Of a DNA stretch of 64,000 bases, positions 1 through 9,745 are shown one piece after another. The number at the start of each line of letters is the position of its first letter. Positions within the stretch are counted from its first letter, which is position 1. The translations under genes and the position numbers were made by a program. The notes below the pieces were generated by a model, which had not been told where the DNA came from, did no database searches, and worked only from the letters and a program-made list of their open reading frames with translations. Origin of the DNA: a bacterium (GTDB taxonomy: Bacteria > Zhuqueibacterota > Zhuqueibacteria > Residuimicrobiales > Krinioviventaceae). The stretch lies in the NCBI GenBank assembly GCA_963675755.2, contig CAXXMD010000003.1:1248001-1312000 (forward strand). Reading direction: 5' to 3'.

Positions 1-1352
1 TCTGTAATTTTGAAATTGTCAGATTTATATTCTTTATCATCAATAATAATTCTAGAGCAGGTAATTTCGGGGTATTGCCAACTGAAAGGTAATATATTTG
101 CAATTTCCTGATATATCTCATCCAGATTGATATTACTATGTTCCATAATTTTAGAAATTCTATAAAAGGCTTGCAGTTCTTTTATCCGTTCATGTAAAGC
201 GCTTTTGGTTCTTTTTGATTCGGTAATATCTTCAAAAACAGTTGCAAACTGATTTTCACCCGGAGAAAAAACTGAAATTAAAAAATTCTTTTTCATAGGT
301 TCATAAAACGCTTCAAACTCTGCCGGATTACCCGTTTGAGCTACCTTTGCATATATATCAAGATACGGGGGGATATCTGTTTTGTATATTTCGGTTGCTT
401 TCATGTTAACAACATCTGCTCTTTTCAAATCCAGAATCTGTTCAAACTTTGGATTCACATCAATTATTTCATAATCAATTGCTTTTCCGGATTCATCATA
501 AATGACATTGTGCAAACAAACGCCTTCAAGCATGGAATTAAATAATGTCTTGTATCTTTTCTCGCTCTCAACAAGTTCACTTTTTATTTCATTTTCTTGC
601 ATTGTCTCTCTAAATACAAGAACAACACCAATAATCTGACCTTTTGAATTTAATACAGGTGATGAACTATTAGAAATCCGAAACGCTTTATCTTCCTTAT
701 TCAGGAGAATTGTCTGATTTACAAATTCAGAAATCTCGTCTGTCTCAATAACACGGCTGACAGGATCACTAACCAGATTTTTCGTTTTAGCATTGACTAG
801 ATTGAATATATCCGTTAAAGGTAAGCCTTTGTAATTCTCATAATTGCATCCGGAAATCTTAATTGCAGCTGGATTTATAAATGTAATAATTCCTTCTTTA
901 TTGGTTGTAATTACAGCATCTTTAATAGAATTAAAAGCAGCGTTTAACCATTCCTGCTGTTCATATAACTTTTTTTCCTTTTCAAACTTGAATAGAGCCA
1001 TTTCTATAGCATTTTTAATAATATCAACCTGTATAGGTTTGTAAATAAATCCATGGGGTTCGGTTTTTTTAGCACGAACTATTATCTCTTCATCAGCATT
1101 TGCCGTCATGTACACAATAGGAACATCGCAGATTGTTTTAACCTGACGTGTTGTTTCGATACCATCCATTTCCCCTTTTAACTTGATATCCATTAATATC
1201 AGGTCCGGTGTATTGGTTTTCACAAAATCAATGAGATCAATACCAGAAGAAAAGATAGCAGGTACAGAATAACCTGTATTAGATAAAATGTTTTTGATAT
1301 CCCGGGCAACAATAAGTTCATCTTCAACAATCAAAATCCTAGGTTTTATCAC
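1..1352 (-). CDS. Response-regulator receiver + PAS + PAS (+ probable GAF) signalling protein; 3' end runs off the window
   Basis: Not in the ORF track because it is truncated. GTG at 1352 follows GAGGAG; translation begins MIKPRILIVEDELIVARDI...PDLILMDIKLKGEMDG (REC), then SIKDAVITTNKEGIITFINPAA and IIDVNPKFEQI...VFEDITE (PAS). Confidence 0.85.
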   Translation of the reverse strand, partial: MIKPRILIVEDELIVARDIKNILSNTGYSVPAIFSSGIDLIDFVKTNTPDLILMDIKLKGEMDGIETTRQVKTICDVPIVYMTANADEEIIVRAKKTEPHGFIYKPIQVDIIKNAIEMALFKFEKEKKLYEQQEWLNAAFNSIKDAVITTNKEGIITFINPAAIKISGCNYENYKGLPLTDIFNLVNAKTKNLVSDPVSRVIETDEISEFVNQTILLNKEDKAFRISNSSSPVLNSKGQIIGVVLVFRETMQENEIKSELVESEKRYKTLFNSMLEGVCLHNVIYDESGKAIDYEIIDVNPKFEQILDLKRADVVNMKATEIYKTDIPPYLDIYAKVAQTGNPAEFEAFYEPMKKNFLISVFSPGENQFATVFEDITESKRTKSALHERIKELQAFYRISKIMEHSNINLDEIYQEIANILPFSWQYPEITCSRIIIDDKEYKSDNFKIT

Positions 1353-1395
1353 AACGATACTCCTCAAGATTTTTCAGTTTTTTCCCTTGTCATTT

Positions 1396-1424
1396 AATAT
1401 ACTGTAGGAATGCAGTAATAACAA
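1396..1424 (-). promoter_or_regulatory. Putative sigma70 promoter TTGTTA-N17-TATATT
   Basis: Same TTG-N20-TAnnTT pattern as other operon starts in the window. Confidence 0.5.
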
Positions 1425-1500
1425 GAATAATAAAAATATTAAATCAATGTGCTTATTTTTGCAAAATAATAGGTGTATCTACATAAACATAAATCCAGAT

Positions 1501-1539
1501 AAAAAAAGTCACTCTGTTTTTTGATCAGAGTGACTTTTT
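1501..1539 (-). terminator. Intrinsic terminator after the large secreted protein gene
   Basis: Inverted repeat AAAAAGTCACTCTG/CAGAGTGACTTTTT with a U-tract on the minus strand. Confidence 0.8.
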
Positions 1540-1625
1540 CCCTTTCCCCGAGGTTAAGGTAAAAACATCTTGAACTTTTTAAGTTATTTATCTTCCTTGA
1601 ACCTTCCAGATTTTCAACTCGTAAA

Positions 1626-4600
1626 TTATCTTATTAAAATCATTTTCCGTGTCATACTAAATGTTTCTGTTTGCATACGATACAAGTAAACACCGGTTGA
1701 TACCGGATTTCCGCTCTGATCACACGCATTCCAGTTAAAGCTATATCTTCCAGCTGGTTGTTCAGCGTTAACCAGCTCTACTATTTTTTGTCCCATAATA
1801 TTATATACAACCAACATAACTCGAGATTGCTCTGGCAGATCGTATCGGATCTGTGTTTCAGGATTAAATGGATTCGGCACATTGGGATACAACATGTATT
1901 CTTGCGGAAGCTTGATCTCCACCGGCTCATTTTTAACGGATACCGGCTCAGCAATCTCCATCAGGTAATCTTCAACTTCACCATCTATAGCATATCCGTT
2001 AAACCAGAGATTTGGACGAGTAGAAAAACGGAAACGCGTTACAACCTGCCCCGGTTCAACATGTTCTGGTATTAAAAAATTAAGATCATGGCTACCTGCG
2101 GGAAGAATGAAATTATAAAATACATTATTATCCTCTTCATACCATACTCCATTTCGATCATAATCTGCCCAGGCACTCAAATATCCGCTTTTTGAAAGCT
2201 TTACCCGAATCTCTGCAATCTCACCCGGACCTGCTACATTTATCATTTCAACGCCGTCTTCATCATCCTGGTCATTCATGTCATCACCCAACAATTCATC
2301 ATGCGGTATGCCATCATCTTCCACATCAATTCGGTTACCCATATATACATCAGGATCATAAGCATGCTGCGCCCCGTTATGCTCAAGCAATGTTCCATAA
2401 TGGTGTGGCGCATCACCAAAATCAAACAAGCGGATATCCATGTCGGTAGTAAGCTCAAATGATAGATCCCACATCTCTGCTAACGGAAAATGCAATTCGG
2501 GGGTTGCTCCCGGATCTAGCTCAATGGGGGGAGGCATTACAATTGCATCATCCCCATAATAATGTTCCCGGGTCAACCAGGTCCAGGGATACCATCTCTC
2601 CTGGTCTTCCGGTGGTATTGAATCATATACAGCAGCAACACTGAGCCACCATACCGTGGAATCCTCTTCCTGTAGAAACCACTCGTCAGTAGGAATGCTG
2701 AAAAAATATTCAAATGCTGTTAAACATTCATCATGAAACGCACCATCTCCGCTTTGACAGCGTACCCAATGTTCATTCACTTGTGACCGCTCCAACAACC
2801 ACGATCTCACCAATGCCCCGGGATGACTCCATGCACTGTCCACACCTGCAGGAACATCCTGCCAGATGCCAACATGGAATGCTTCCGGTGCATAATCCGG
2901 GGTATGCAACGAATCCCATCCGGCATATACTCCCCACCATCGAATTCCAGTAACGGGATTGGCATCTGCGCAGAACCAATCATCCGCCAACACTACTTTT
3001 GGCCCCTCTCTGTCAATTAAAGAGGGTTCAGACCAACCTGTAAAACATATGGAATCCGCTTCCATCTTGCCCAGTATAGGGCGTTGGCTCCATTTCAAAT
3101 AACCTTCTCCACCGCTTCCACCTTCCTGATGATTTCCAAACCAAACAGCCTGCATCAATTGACCGGGTACAACCTGTACGGTATGCGTTCCGGGTGATAC
3201 CGGATAGGTTTGCACCCAACCGGATTTCAATTTTTCTCCAATAATATAATCACCCTGCTCAAGTCCGGTAAACTCGAAATGCCCCTGTGCATCGGTTATA
3301 GTATATTTGTCTCCGGTGTCCTCAACACCATTTTGATTTGCATCCAGCCAAATCTCCCAACCAGACAATCCTGGTTCACCAGGATCTTTGATACCATTAC
3401 CATTGAGATCATTCCACTTGTAGCCATGTATAAAACCGCCTTCCGGAACAGGTGAATCATCGTTGATAATTTCTAAAACATAATCTTCAACTTCGCCTGT
3501 TTCTACAAACCCGCTTACAGGAATGGGATTATTAAAACCATTCATGGCTCGTAATCTTGCATAGGTTACTCCGGGTTGGGTGCCGGCCGGCATTTTAAAA
3601 ATAACAGCCGCTTCAACCCAGGTACTTCCTGCAGGAAACGGCCCCGGAGTTGCTCCCCACAAAATCGCAAAATTGAGAATTTCTTCACCCACATCGTCCC
3701 AGTCTTTATCCATATTAATGTCCAACCACATTGCAACCTTGATGCTATCACTAATTGTCTGTCCCTTTAACTTTAACATACTCCACCCTTTGTCCGGATG
3801 AACCAGTATGGCATCAATCAATCCATTTTCATCGTCTCCCTGAGCATCATTATCATCGCCCAGGGCATCCGGGTGACGCTGCATTGATGATTCAGCATCC
3901 GGTTGGTCAGACGAATCACCCAACCAAACCAATCCAATAGAATGACTGGCTTCAGGATAGGGCAAGGGCGCATCTCCCCAATCCAATTCCTCTTCACTAT
4001 CCCATATTGTTACCATATAATCTTCAACTTCTCCAATGCCACCAGCACCTTCTGGAGACGAAACAATCTGCATTAAAGGTTCGGTCTGATAAACTCTAAA
4101 TCTCGCATAGGTAGTCCCAATAACCGCACTGGCAGGCACATTGATCGTATAGGATTTATTAATGACCGATCCATTTGCAGTAATAACATCGTCAACCACT
4201 TTCTCTGTGGTATTATCAAAAACCTGATCACCATTAAAATCGATCCAACCTGCCAGTGAGCCCAACAGTCCGGGGGGACCTGATATATCAACCTGCACTG
4301 TTGCAGCCTGGCCCTTGACGAGTGTAGAAGTAAACGTAACACCGTCTTCATCGTCATTATCATTCAAATCATCCTGATTTGCCTGTGAAGAAGGCTGGCC
4401 ATCCGGTTCCGTATCTATACGTTGGCCCAACATGACTTCACCAGGCAAGTGATAAGCCCCATTAGAAGCAAGTGTTGTTTTATATGCATCGGGAGCATCT
4501 CCAAAATCAAGACCGGGTTCGGCCATATTAAAAAAGTATAAATTGAGATCACCGGAAGCATCATAATCCACTTCCATGAAATGATTTGTCCAGTCAATTT

Positions 4601-6050
4601 GAACACCGCTAAATGAATTTCCGGCCAATCCCAGGGCAAACCAGATCCATCCGGGAAGGTCTGTTTCATATATCTTGTATTTCCCGGCACTGATGCCTGT
4701 AAATATTTTTTGTGGAGTAGAAGGATCATTCAAGGTAAAAGATCCCAAATCTCCCGTAAACGGGAACGGGGTATCATCAGCAGGATCAGCAATTTTGTGT
4801 ACAATAATCAAACCACCCTCTGATTCGGATTCAATATTGACCATATAATCTTCAATTTCACCAATAGGCGTTCCATTTGGCGGTACCGGGCCTTTATCAT
4901 AAATCATAAATCTTGCAAATGTATTACCCGCTACCGCAGTAGAGGGAACATTGAAATTCAGTGTACTCTTGAAAGCGGGTGTTAAGGATTGATCTACTAT
5001 TCGTTCCTGTACTTCCCAGGTACCATTACCATCAAAATCTATATATGCTTCAAGCTGCGGCTGTGCAGATGGTGATGAATTGCTGATATCGACAGTGAAC
5101 GAGGCGACAGTTCCGGGTATTAACAATGTTGTAAAAATTATCCCGTCTTCATCATCATTACCGTCATTATCATCTCCTTTAGCCTGCGCGGTTGGCTGAC
5201 CGTCTGCATCTATATCAACCGATTGTCCCATAAACAATAAAGTGTCTACAGTAAAATAACGCCCGCCATCAGCGAGCAGGGTTTTATAGGGAGAAGGTGC
5301 ATCACCAAAATCATATTCATCCTGAGATGATTCCTGGTATACATTTACAGACGCCAGATCGGTATCTGTTGCACCATGTGTGTCTGTAACTCGTAATCTG
5401 ATATTTCCTGAATATGGACTGTACCAGGCGAATAGTGTATCCCCATAAATGCAGGTAACATCTCCTGCACCATTATAAACACCATCCAGATTACAGTCCC
5501 ATTCGTACGTAACAATTTTATCTCCAGCATCAGGATCATAACTGCCGGAACCTACAAGCGTAATCCACTGACCAACCGTTGCTGTATAGGGTCCTCCGGC
5601 ATCAGCAACCGGGGGATTATTGCTGCTTCCCGCGGTATCATCCCAAAATTTATTACCTGTCAATGTTTTGTTATCAAGGGGATAGTCGTATTGTATTACA
5701 TTATTATTTATAACAGTTCCGCTGACTGTTGTAGCGCCTTTGGAGGTATAACCGGGAGGATCAATTTCTTTAATAAAATAAAACTCACAAATCTGCCGAA
5801 CATTTAAACCAAACCAACCGGCGGAATTTGTATATGTACTATCCACTAGAAATGCTGTAGAGATGGAAGGATTATTGGCACCCAAAAGCCAAACTCTTGC
5901 ACCTGCAATTGGCTCAGAAACCGGGGGTTCAGTTCCTGTTGCACCTTTGTAAACTCTGCCAGACAAAACGCTCTGAGCCATTGTATTTATGCATACACTC
6001 AGACTAAACAGAAAAATGAATATACTACGAGACTTCATAATATACCTCAT
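1626..6050 (-). CDS. Large secreted multidomain protein: signal peptide, PKD-like domain, four GEVED-type repeats, SdrD-B-like domain, FlgD-like T9SS C-terminal sorting domain
   Basis: N-terminal signal; PPVADAGGPY (PKD); four D[FW]GDAP...DDE[DN]G...GE[IV]EDY repeats; GYKWNDLNGNG..DPGEPGLSGW (SdrD-B); C-terminal NVPNPFNPETQIRY...GVYLYRM..KMILIR. Confidence 0.85.
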   Translation of the reverse strand: MRYIMKSRSIFIFLFSLSVCINTMAQSVLSGRVYKGATGTEPPVSEPIAGARVWLLGANNPSISTAFLVDSTYTNSAGWFGLNVRQICEFYFIKEIDPPGYTSKGATTVSGTVINNNVIQYDYPLDNKTLTGNKFWDDTAGSSNNPPVADAGGPYTATVGQWITLVGSGSYDPDAGDKIVTYEWDCNLDGVYNGAGDVTCIYGDTLFAWYSPYSGNIRLRVTDTHGATDTDLASVNVYQESSQDEYDFGDAPSPYKTLLADGGRYFTVDTLLFMGQSVDIDADGQPTAQAKGDDNDGNDDEDGIIFTTLLIPGTVASFTVDISNSSPSAQPQLEAYIDFDGNGTWEVQERIVDQSLTPAFKSTLNFNVPSTAVAGNTFARFMIYDKGPVPPNGTPIGEIEDYMVNIESESEGGLIIVHKIADPADDTPFPFTGDLGSFTLNDPSTPQKIFTGISAGKYKIYETDLPGWIWFALGLAGNSFSGVQIDWTNHFMEVDYDASGDLNLYFFNMAEPGLDFGDAPDAYKTTLASNGAYHLPGEVMLGQRIDTEPDGQPSSQANQDDLNDNDDEDGVTFTSTLVKGQAATVQVDISGPPGLLGSLAGWIDFNGDQVFDNTTEKVVDDVITANGSVINKSYTINVPASAVIGTTYARFRVYQTEPLMQIVSSPEGAGGIGEVEDYMVTIWDSEEELDWGDAPLPYPEASHSIGLVWLGDSSDQPDAESSMQRHPDALGDDNDAQGDDENGLIDAILVHPDKGWSMLKLKGQTISDSIKVAMWLDINMDKDWDDVGEEILNFAILWGATPGPFPAGSTWVEAAVIFKMPAGTQPGVTYARLRAMNGFNNPIPVSGFVETGEVEDYVLEIINDDSPVPEGGFIHGYKWNDLNGNGIKDPGEPGLSGWEIWLDANQNGVEDTGDKYTITDAQGHFEFTGLEQGDYIIGEKLKSGWVQTYPVSPGTHTVQVVPGQLMQAVWFGNHQEGGSGGEGYLKWSQRPILGKMEADSICFTGWSEPSLIDREGPKVVLADDWFCADANPVTGIRWWGVYAGWDSLHTPDYAPEAFHVGIWQDVPAGVDSAWSHPGALVRSWLLERSQVNEHWVRCQSGDGAFHDECLTAFEYFFSIPTDEWFLQEEDSTVWWLSVAAVYDSIPPEDQERWYPWTWLTREHYYGDDAIVMPPPIELDPGATPELHFPLAEMWDLSFELTTDMDIRLFDFGDAPHHYGTLLEHNGAQHAYDPDVYMGNRIDVEDDGIPHDELLGDDMNDQDDEDGVEMINVAGPGEIAEIRVKLSKSGYLSAWADYDRNGVWYEEDNNVFYNFILPAGSHDLNFLIPEHVEPGQVVTRFRFSTRPNLWFNGYAIDGEVEDYLMEIAEPVSVKNEPVEIKLPQEYMLYPNVPNPFNPETQIRYDLPEQSRVMLVVYNIMGQKIVELVNAEQPAGRYSFNWNACDQSGNPVSTGVYLYRMQTETFSMTRKMILIR

Positions 6051-6225
6051 ACACTGTTTTAAATAAATGTTATAGGATTATAGTATTGATTCAACAGGAT
6101 AACTGAAATTTATTCGGCAAGTACCAACAAGTGGGGAAATATCAATTTAAACAATACTATGTAGAAATGAACAGTTTTCATCTAAACAATTATGAAACAT
6201 GAATTATTCATATCTGGCAGGAAAT

Positions 6226-6259
6226 ATAAAAGAGACAAGGGCTTAATAGCCCTTGTCTC
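6226..6259 (-). terminator. Intrinsic terminator after the second tonB
   Basis: Perfect 12-bp stem GAGACAAGGGCT/AGCCCTTGTCTC followed by TTTT on the minus strand. Confidence 0.8.
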
Positions 6260-6268
6260 AAAATCCAA

Positions 6269-6913
6269 TTATTTTAATCTGAATGTAACAGGTACAGAAA
6301 TCCATACTTTGACCGGTTTATCTCTCTGCATAGCGGCTTTCCATTTTACAGAACGAACAGCTGTAATGGCTGCCTCATCACAACCATTGTTGCCCAGAGA
6401 CTGAAGAATTTGTGTGTCAATTACGTTTCCACGTTCATCAATCAAACATTTAACAACAACTCTGCCTTCTACACCAGCTTTGCGGGCAATTTCGGGATAT
6501 ACAACCTTTCGTTGAATAGCCATAAATCCACCAACTGGTGTGGGAGGTTCATCATAACTGATAAAAGGATCATGGTCAACCGTTCCATCTTCAGGATTAA
6601 ACGGTGGCGGCGGCGGAACGATATCGGTAATAAAATTATTATTACCTTCAATTGTAGCATCAATGGGAACATCCGGATCATCAGTCTCTACCGGAATAGC
6701 CGGTCTTGAGGGTTTGGGTATTTTTTTAGGATAAACAGTACGAATGTTCTCGGCATAGATAGGTTTGTCAAATTCAGGAATTACAGCATTAGCCTCATGT
6801 TCAAACTGTTTCCAGCCCTGAAAAACGGCAACCAGAAATACCAAAGACAAAACCAGAGACAGTTCAATGTTGCGTTGGTAGCGGCTTTTAAATTCTTTGT
6901 TAGCAAATTTCAT
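6269..6913 (-). CDS. tonB: Energy transducer TonB (second copy)
   Basis: N-terminal TM helix, Pro-rich linker, YPEIARKAGVEGRV C-terminal TonB domain. Confidence 0.9.
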   Translation of the reverse strand: MKFANKEFKSRYQRNIELSLVLSLVFLVAVFQGWKQFEHEANAVIPEFDKPIYAENIRTVYPKKIPKPSRPAIPVETDDPDVPIDATIEGNNNFITDIVPPPPPFNPEDGTVDHDPFISYDEPPTPVGGFMAIQRKVVYPEIARKAGVEGRVVVKCLIDERGNVIDTQILQSLGNNGCDEAAITAVRSVKWKAAMQRDKPVKVWISVPVTFRLK

Positions 6914-7064
6914 AGGATACTCCTTTCAGTTTTTGATCTCCGGCTTTTTGCCGGTTTAGCGGATCCACTATGGATCGCTGTTTTTTGGTATCCTTCCCTG
7001 TCCATTTGGCTAACATGTTTGAATACGGGTCCACCCAAACACAGTCAAACAGATTCCCTCTGAA

Positions 7065-7487
7065 TTAATCCGCTGCAGTTTTTGCAGAGTAATTAACATT
7101 CAGTGCTGCTTCTCCAACCTCTCTCAGCTCTTCATGGATCTGAGTAACACGTTCCATTGCTACCTGATTGTCTATCTTTAAAGATACAATCTTGAGTGGG
7201 CTGGTAAGATCAATGGCCTTTTGATAAATTACACCACTTATATCATTAGGATTTAAAAACCGATCATCAATAGTCAGATTTCCAGCACGGTCAGCCCAAA
7301 TTACGCCTACCCCGCGTTTGCCGGGTAATTTTTCTATCTTTTGCGCATCCGGTAAAATCACATTGAGTCCGCTTGAAGATTTGATAACCGTGCAAACCAT
7401 AAAAAAGATCAACAGCATGAAAATGATATCTGGCATTGATGCAGTTGAAATTCCGCTTCCGGCCTGTGCTTTCTTTTTAAATTGCAT
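7065..7487 (-). CDS. exbD: Biopolymer transporter ExbD (second set)
   Basis: SMPDIIFMLLIFFMV TM motif with the conserved Asp; nearly identical to 8846..9268. Confidence 0.9.
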   Translation of the reverse strand: MQFKKKAQAGSGISTASMPDIIFMLLIFFMVCTVIKSSSGLNVILPDAQKIEKLPGKRGVGVIWADRAGNLTIDDRFLNPNDISGVIYQKAIDLTSPLKIVSLKIDNQVAMERVTQIHEELREVGEAALNVNYSAKTAAD

Positions 7488-7526
7488 GATTTCCTCCTGT
7501 TCTCTTTATACCCTGGTGCATACAAT

Positions 7527-7925
7527 TTAGTCAGGTTCAGCTATTGAAATGCGTTTAGCTCCGGCGCGCTTGAGCTGGTCTAGCACATGGATATAAGCAT
7601 CATAGCGAGTTTGTTTTAATGTCTTGACAGAAAACGCAAGTTTATCGTTATTTTGGATCAATTCACGGGCTTTGGTTGCAATCTCGGGAATCGCGGTCTT
7701 TTCTCCCTCAAACATAACATCGCCTGCTTCATTAATCAAAATAGTAACCAGATTCCTGTCAATCATTTTTACGATTTCACTGTTCTTGGCTGGCAGCACC
7801 AGAGAAATACCTTTATCCGTATCTATCGTTGTTGTTACCAGAAAAAAGATAAGCAAAAGGAAAACAATATCTGCCATAGATCCGGAATTGATTTCAGGTG
7901 TACCTTTATCATTCTTGATCAGCAT
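7527..7925 (-). CDS. exbD: Biopolymer transporter ExbD (second set)
   Basis: EINSGSMADIVFLLLIFFLV motif; paralogue of 9317..9715. Confidence 0.9.
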   Translation of the reverse strand: MLIKNDKGTPEINSGSMADIVFLLLIFFLVTTTIDTDKGISLVLPAKNSEIVKMIDRNLVTILINEAGDVMFEGEKTAIPEIATKARELIQNNDKLAFSVKTLKQTRYDAYIHVLDQLKRAGAKRISIAEPD

Positions 7926-8054
7926 GAGCGTACCTCCTCGTTGCCGGTGAAATTGTATTCATTTACGGTTTGGTTTAACTTGTCCGATTTTATCCGTCCC
8001 ATAACCGGACAATTTAAAATGTAGTAATTAGTGAGGGTCCCTCTTTCTACATGT

Positions 8055-8082
8055 TTAACTGTATCAAAGAGGTTGCGGTTCC
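8055..8082 (-). promoter_or_regulatory. Possible ECF-sigma promoter GGAAC-N18-GTT upstream of the second exbD-exbD-tonB set
   Basis: Minus strand GGAAC cgcaacctctttgataca GTTAA, located downstream of the first operon's terminator. Confidence 0.35.
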
Positions 8083-8123
8083 CGGTAATTTAATAAAGAG
8101 AGATTTTTTTATGTGGTAGGAAT

Positions 8124-8161
8124 AAAAAAAAAAGGGCGAACAAGAAAATCTCATTCGCCCT
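8124..8161 (-). terminator. Intrinsic terminator after the first tonB
   Basis: AGGGCGAA/TTCGCCCT stem followed by a long U-tract on the minus strand. Confidence 0.8.
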
Positions 8162-8183
8162 GAATATCAAATATATCGTTGGA

Positions 8184-8834
8184 TTATTTCAACCGGAATA
8201 CAACCGGGATACCAATCCAAACCTTAACCGGTTTATCACGTTGCTTTGCCGGTTTCCATTTTACTTTCTTGATAGCAGCAATAGCAGCTTCATCACAACC
8301 ATTATTTCCCAAAGACATGAGTACTTTGGTATTTACTACACTACCTTTTTCATCAATCAAACAGTTGATAACTACACGACCTTCAACACCTGCTTTACGA
8401 GCAATTTCCGGGTATACCAGATTTTTCTGGATAGCCGCAAATCCACCAATTGGCTGTGGAGGTTCATCATAAGCCACAAAGATTTCAGCAGAATCATCAA
8501 TATCTTCTTCTGGTGGTGGTGGTGGCGGTGGTAATTCATCGAGATTGATTTCAGTAGATTCGATGGTTTCATCAACATCAATGTCTTCATCTTCACTTTC
8601 TACAGGAATTGCAGGCCGTGAAGGTGCGGGAGGACGTTTTGTTTGCTCAGTTTGTGGAATTTCTTCAACCTTGATGGTCAAATCCACAACCTGTTGTGTG
8701 ACCTCTCCTTTATCAAATTTTTTCCAACCCTGGAACCCTAAAACCAGTAATGCCAGGGTTAAAACCATGCCCAGCTCAATATTCTTTTTATATTTAAAGC
8801 GCAGGCTGACTTCTGGTTTTTTTCTCAAGTTCAT
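8184..8834 (-). CDS. tonB: Energy transducer TonB
   Basis: TM helix, poly-Pro linker, YPEIARKAGVEGRV C-terminal domain. Confidence 0.92.
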   Translation of the reverse strand: MNLRKKPEVSLRFKYKKNIELGMVLTLALLVLGFQGWKKFDKGEVTQQVVDLTIKVEEIPQTEQTKRPPAPSRPAIPVESEDEDIDVDETIESTEINLDELPPPPPPPEEDIDDSAEIFVAYDEPPQPIGGFAAIQKNLVYPEIARKAGVEGRVVINCLIDEKGSVVNTKVLMSLGNNGCDEAAIAAIKKVKWKPAKQRDKPVKVWIGIPVVFRLK

Positions 8835-8845
8835 ATAAAATCACC

Positions 8846-9268
8846 TCAATCTGCTGCAGTTTTTGCAGAATAGTTGACATTCAATGCTGCTTCACCAACT
8901 TCCCGCAACTCTTCGTGTATCTGGGTTACGCGCTCCATCTCAACCTGACTGTCAATCTTTAAAGATACAATCTTTAACGGGCTTGTTGGGTCAATAGCCT
9001 TTTGATAAACGATACTACGAATATCTGTGGGGTTTAAAAATTTATCATCTATTGTTAAATTGCCGGCACGATCAGCCCAAATTACGCCAACACCGCGTTT
9101 TCCCGGTAATTTTTCAATCTTTTTAGCATCCGGTAATATCACCTTCAAACCTTGTGATGATTTGATCACAGTACAAACCATGAAAAAAATCAGCAACATG
9201 AAAATGATATCAGGCATGGAAGCCGTAGAAATGCCGCTACCTGCTTTTGATTTTTTCTTAAAGTCCAA
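8846..9268 (-). CDS. exbD: Biopolymer transporter ExbD
   Basis: SMPDIIFMLLIFFMV motif; in operon with exbB. Confidence 0.9.
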   Translation of the reverse strand: MDFKKKSKAGSGISTASMPDIIFMLLIFFMVCTVIKSSQGLKVILPDAKKIEKLPGKRGVGVIWADRAGNLTIDDKFLNPTDIRSIVYQKAIDPTSPLKIVSLKIDSQVEMERVTQIHEELREVGEAALNVNYSAKTAAD

Positions 9269-9316
9269 AGCATTTGCTCCAGTTTTATATAATTACATAT
9301 TTTTAACGCCCTAAAA

Positions 9317-9715
9317 TCAATCAGGTTCCGCAATTGAAATACGGATCGCTCCGGCGCGCTTTAGTTGATCAATAACGTCGATATAGGCTTCGTATTTTGT
9401 CTGTTTCAGTGTTTTTACTGAAAAAGCAATCTTGTCATTTTTCTGGATCATTTCACGTGCACGTGTAGAAATTTCAGGAATTGCTATACGCTCTTCATCA
9501 AGCATTACCTCACCGGAAGCATTGATCAGGATGTTGGCAAGGTTATCTTTATGCACTTCTTTGGTGTCTGAACCTTTTGGAGGCAGAACCAGAGTAATAC
9601 CTTTATCAGTATCAATTGTTGTTGTTACCAGAAAAAATATGAGCAGCAAAAATACGATATCTGCCATTGAGCCGGAATTAATTTCGGGTGACTCTTTTTC
9701 TTTCTTTTTTAACAT
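9317..9715 (-). CDS. exbD: Biopolymer transporter ExbD
   Basis: SMADIVFLLLIFFLV motif. Confidence 0.9.
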   Translation of the reverse strand: MLKKKEKESPEINSGSMADIVFLLLIFFLVTTTIDTDKGITLVLPPKGSDTKEVHKDNLANILINASGEVMLDEERIAIPEISTRAREMIQKNDKIAFSVKTLKQTKYEAYIDVIDQLKRAGAIRISIAEPD

Positions 9716-9745
9716 AAGAATATACCTCTACATTGCCGGGTTAAA

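Noticed and set aside
6914-7064. c-di-GMP-I or cobalamin riboswitch; short ORF MLAKWTGK...
   Set aside because: The conserved aptamer motifs are absent; the short ORF has no convincing RBS or recognisable features.
8510-8532. GGT/GGC triplet repeat
   Set aside because: It simply encodes the TonB poly-proline linker.
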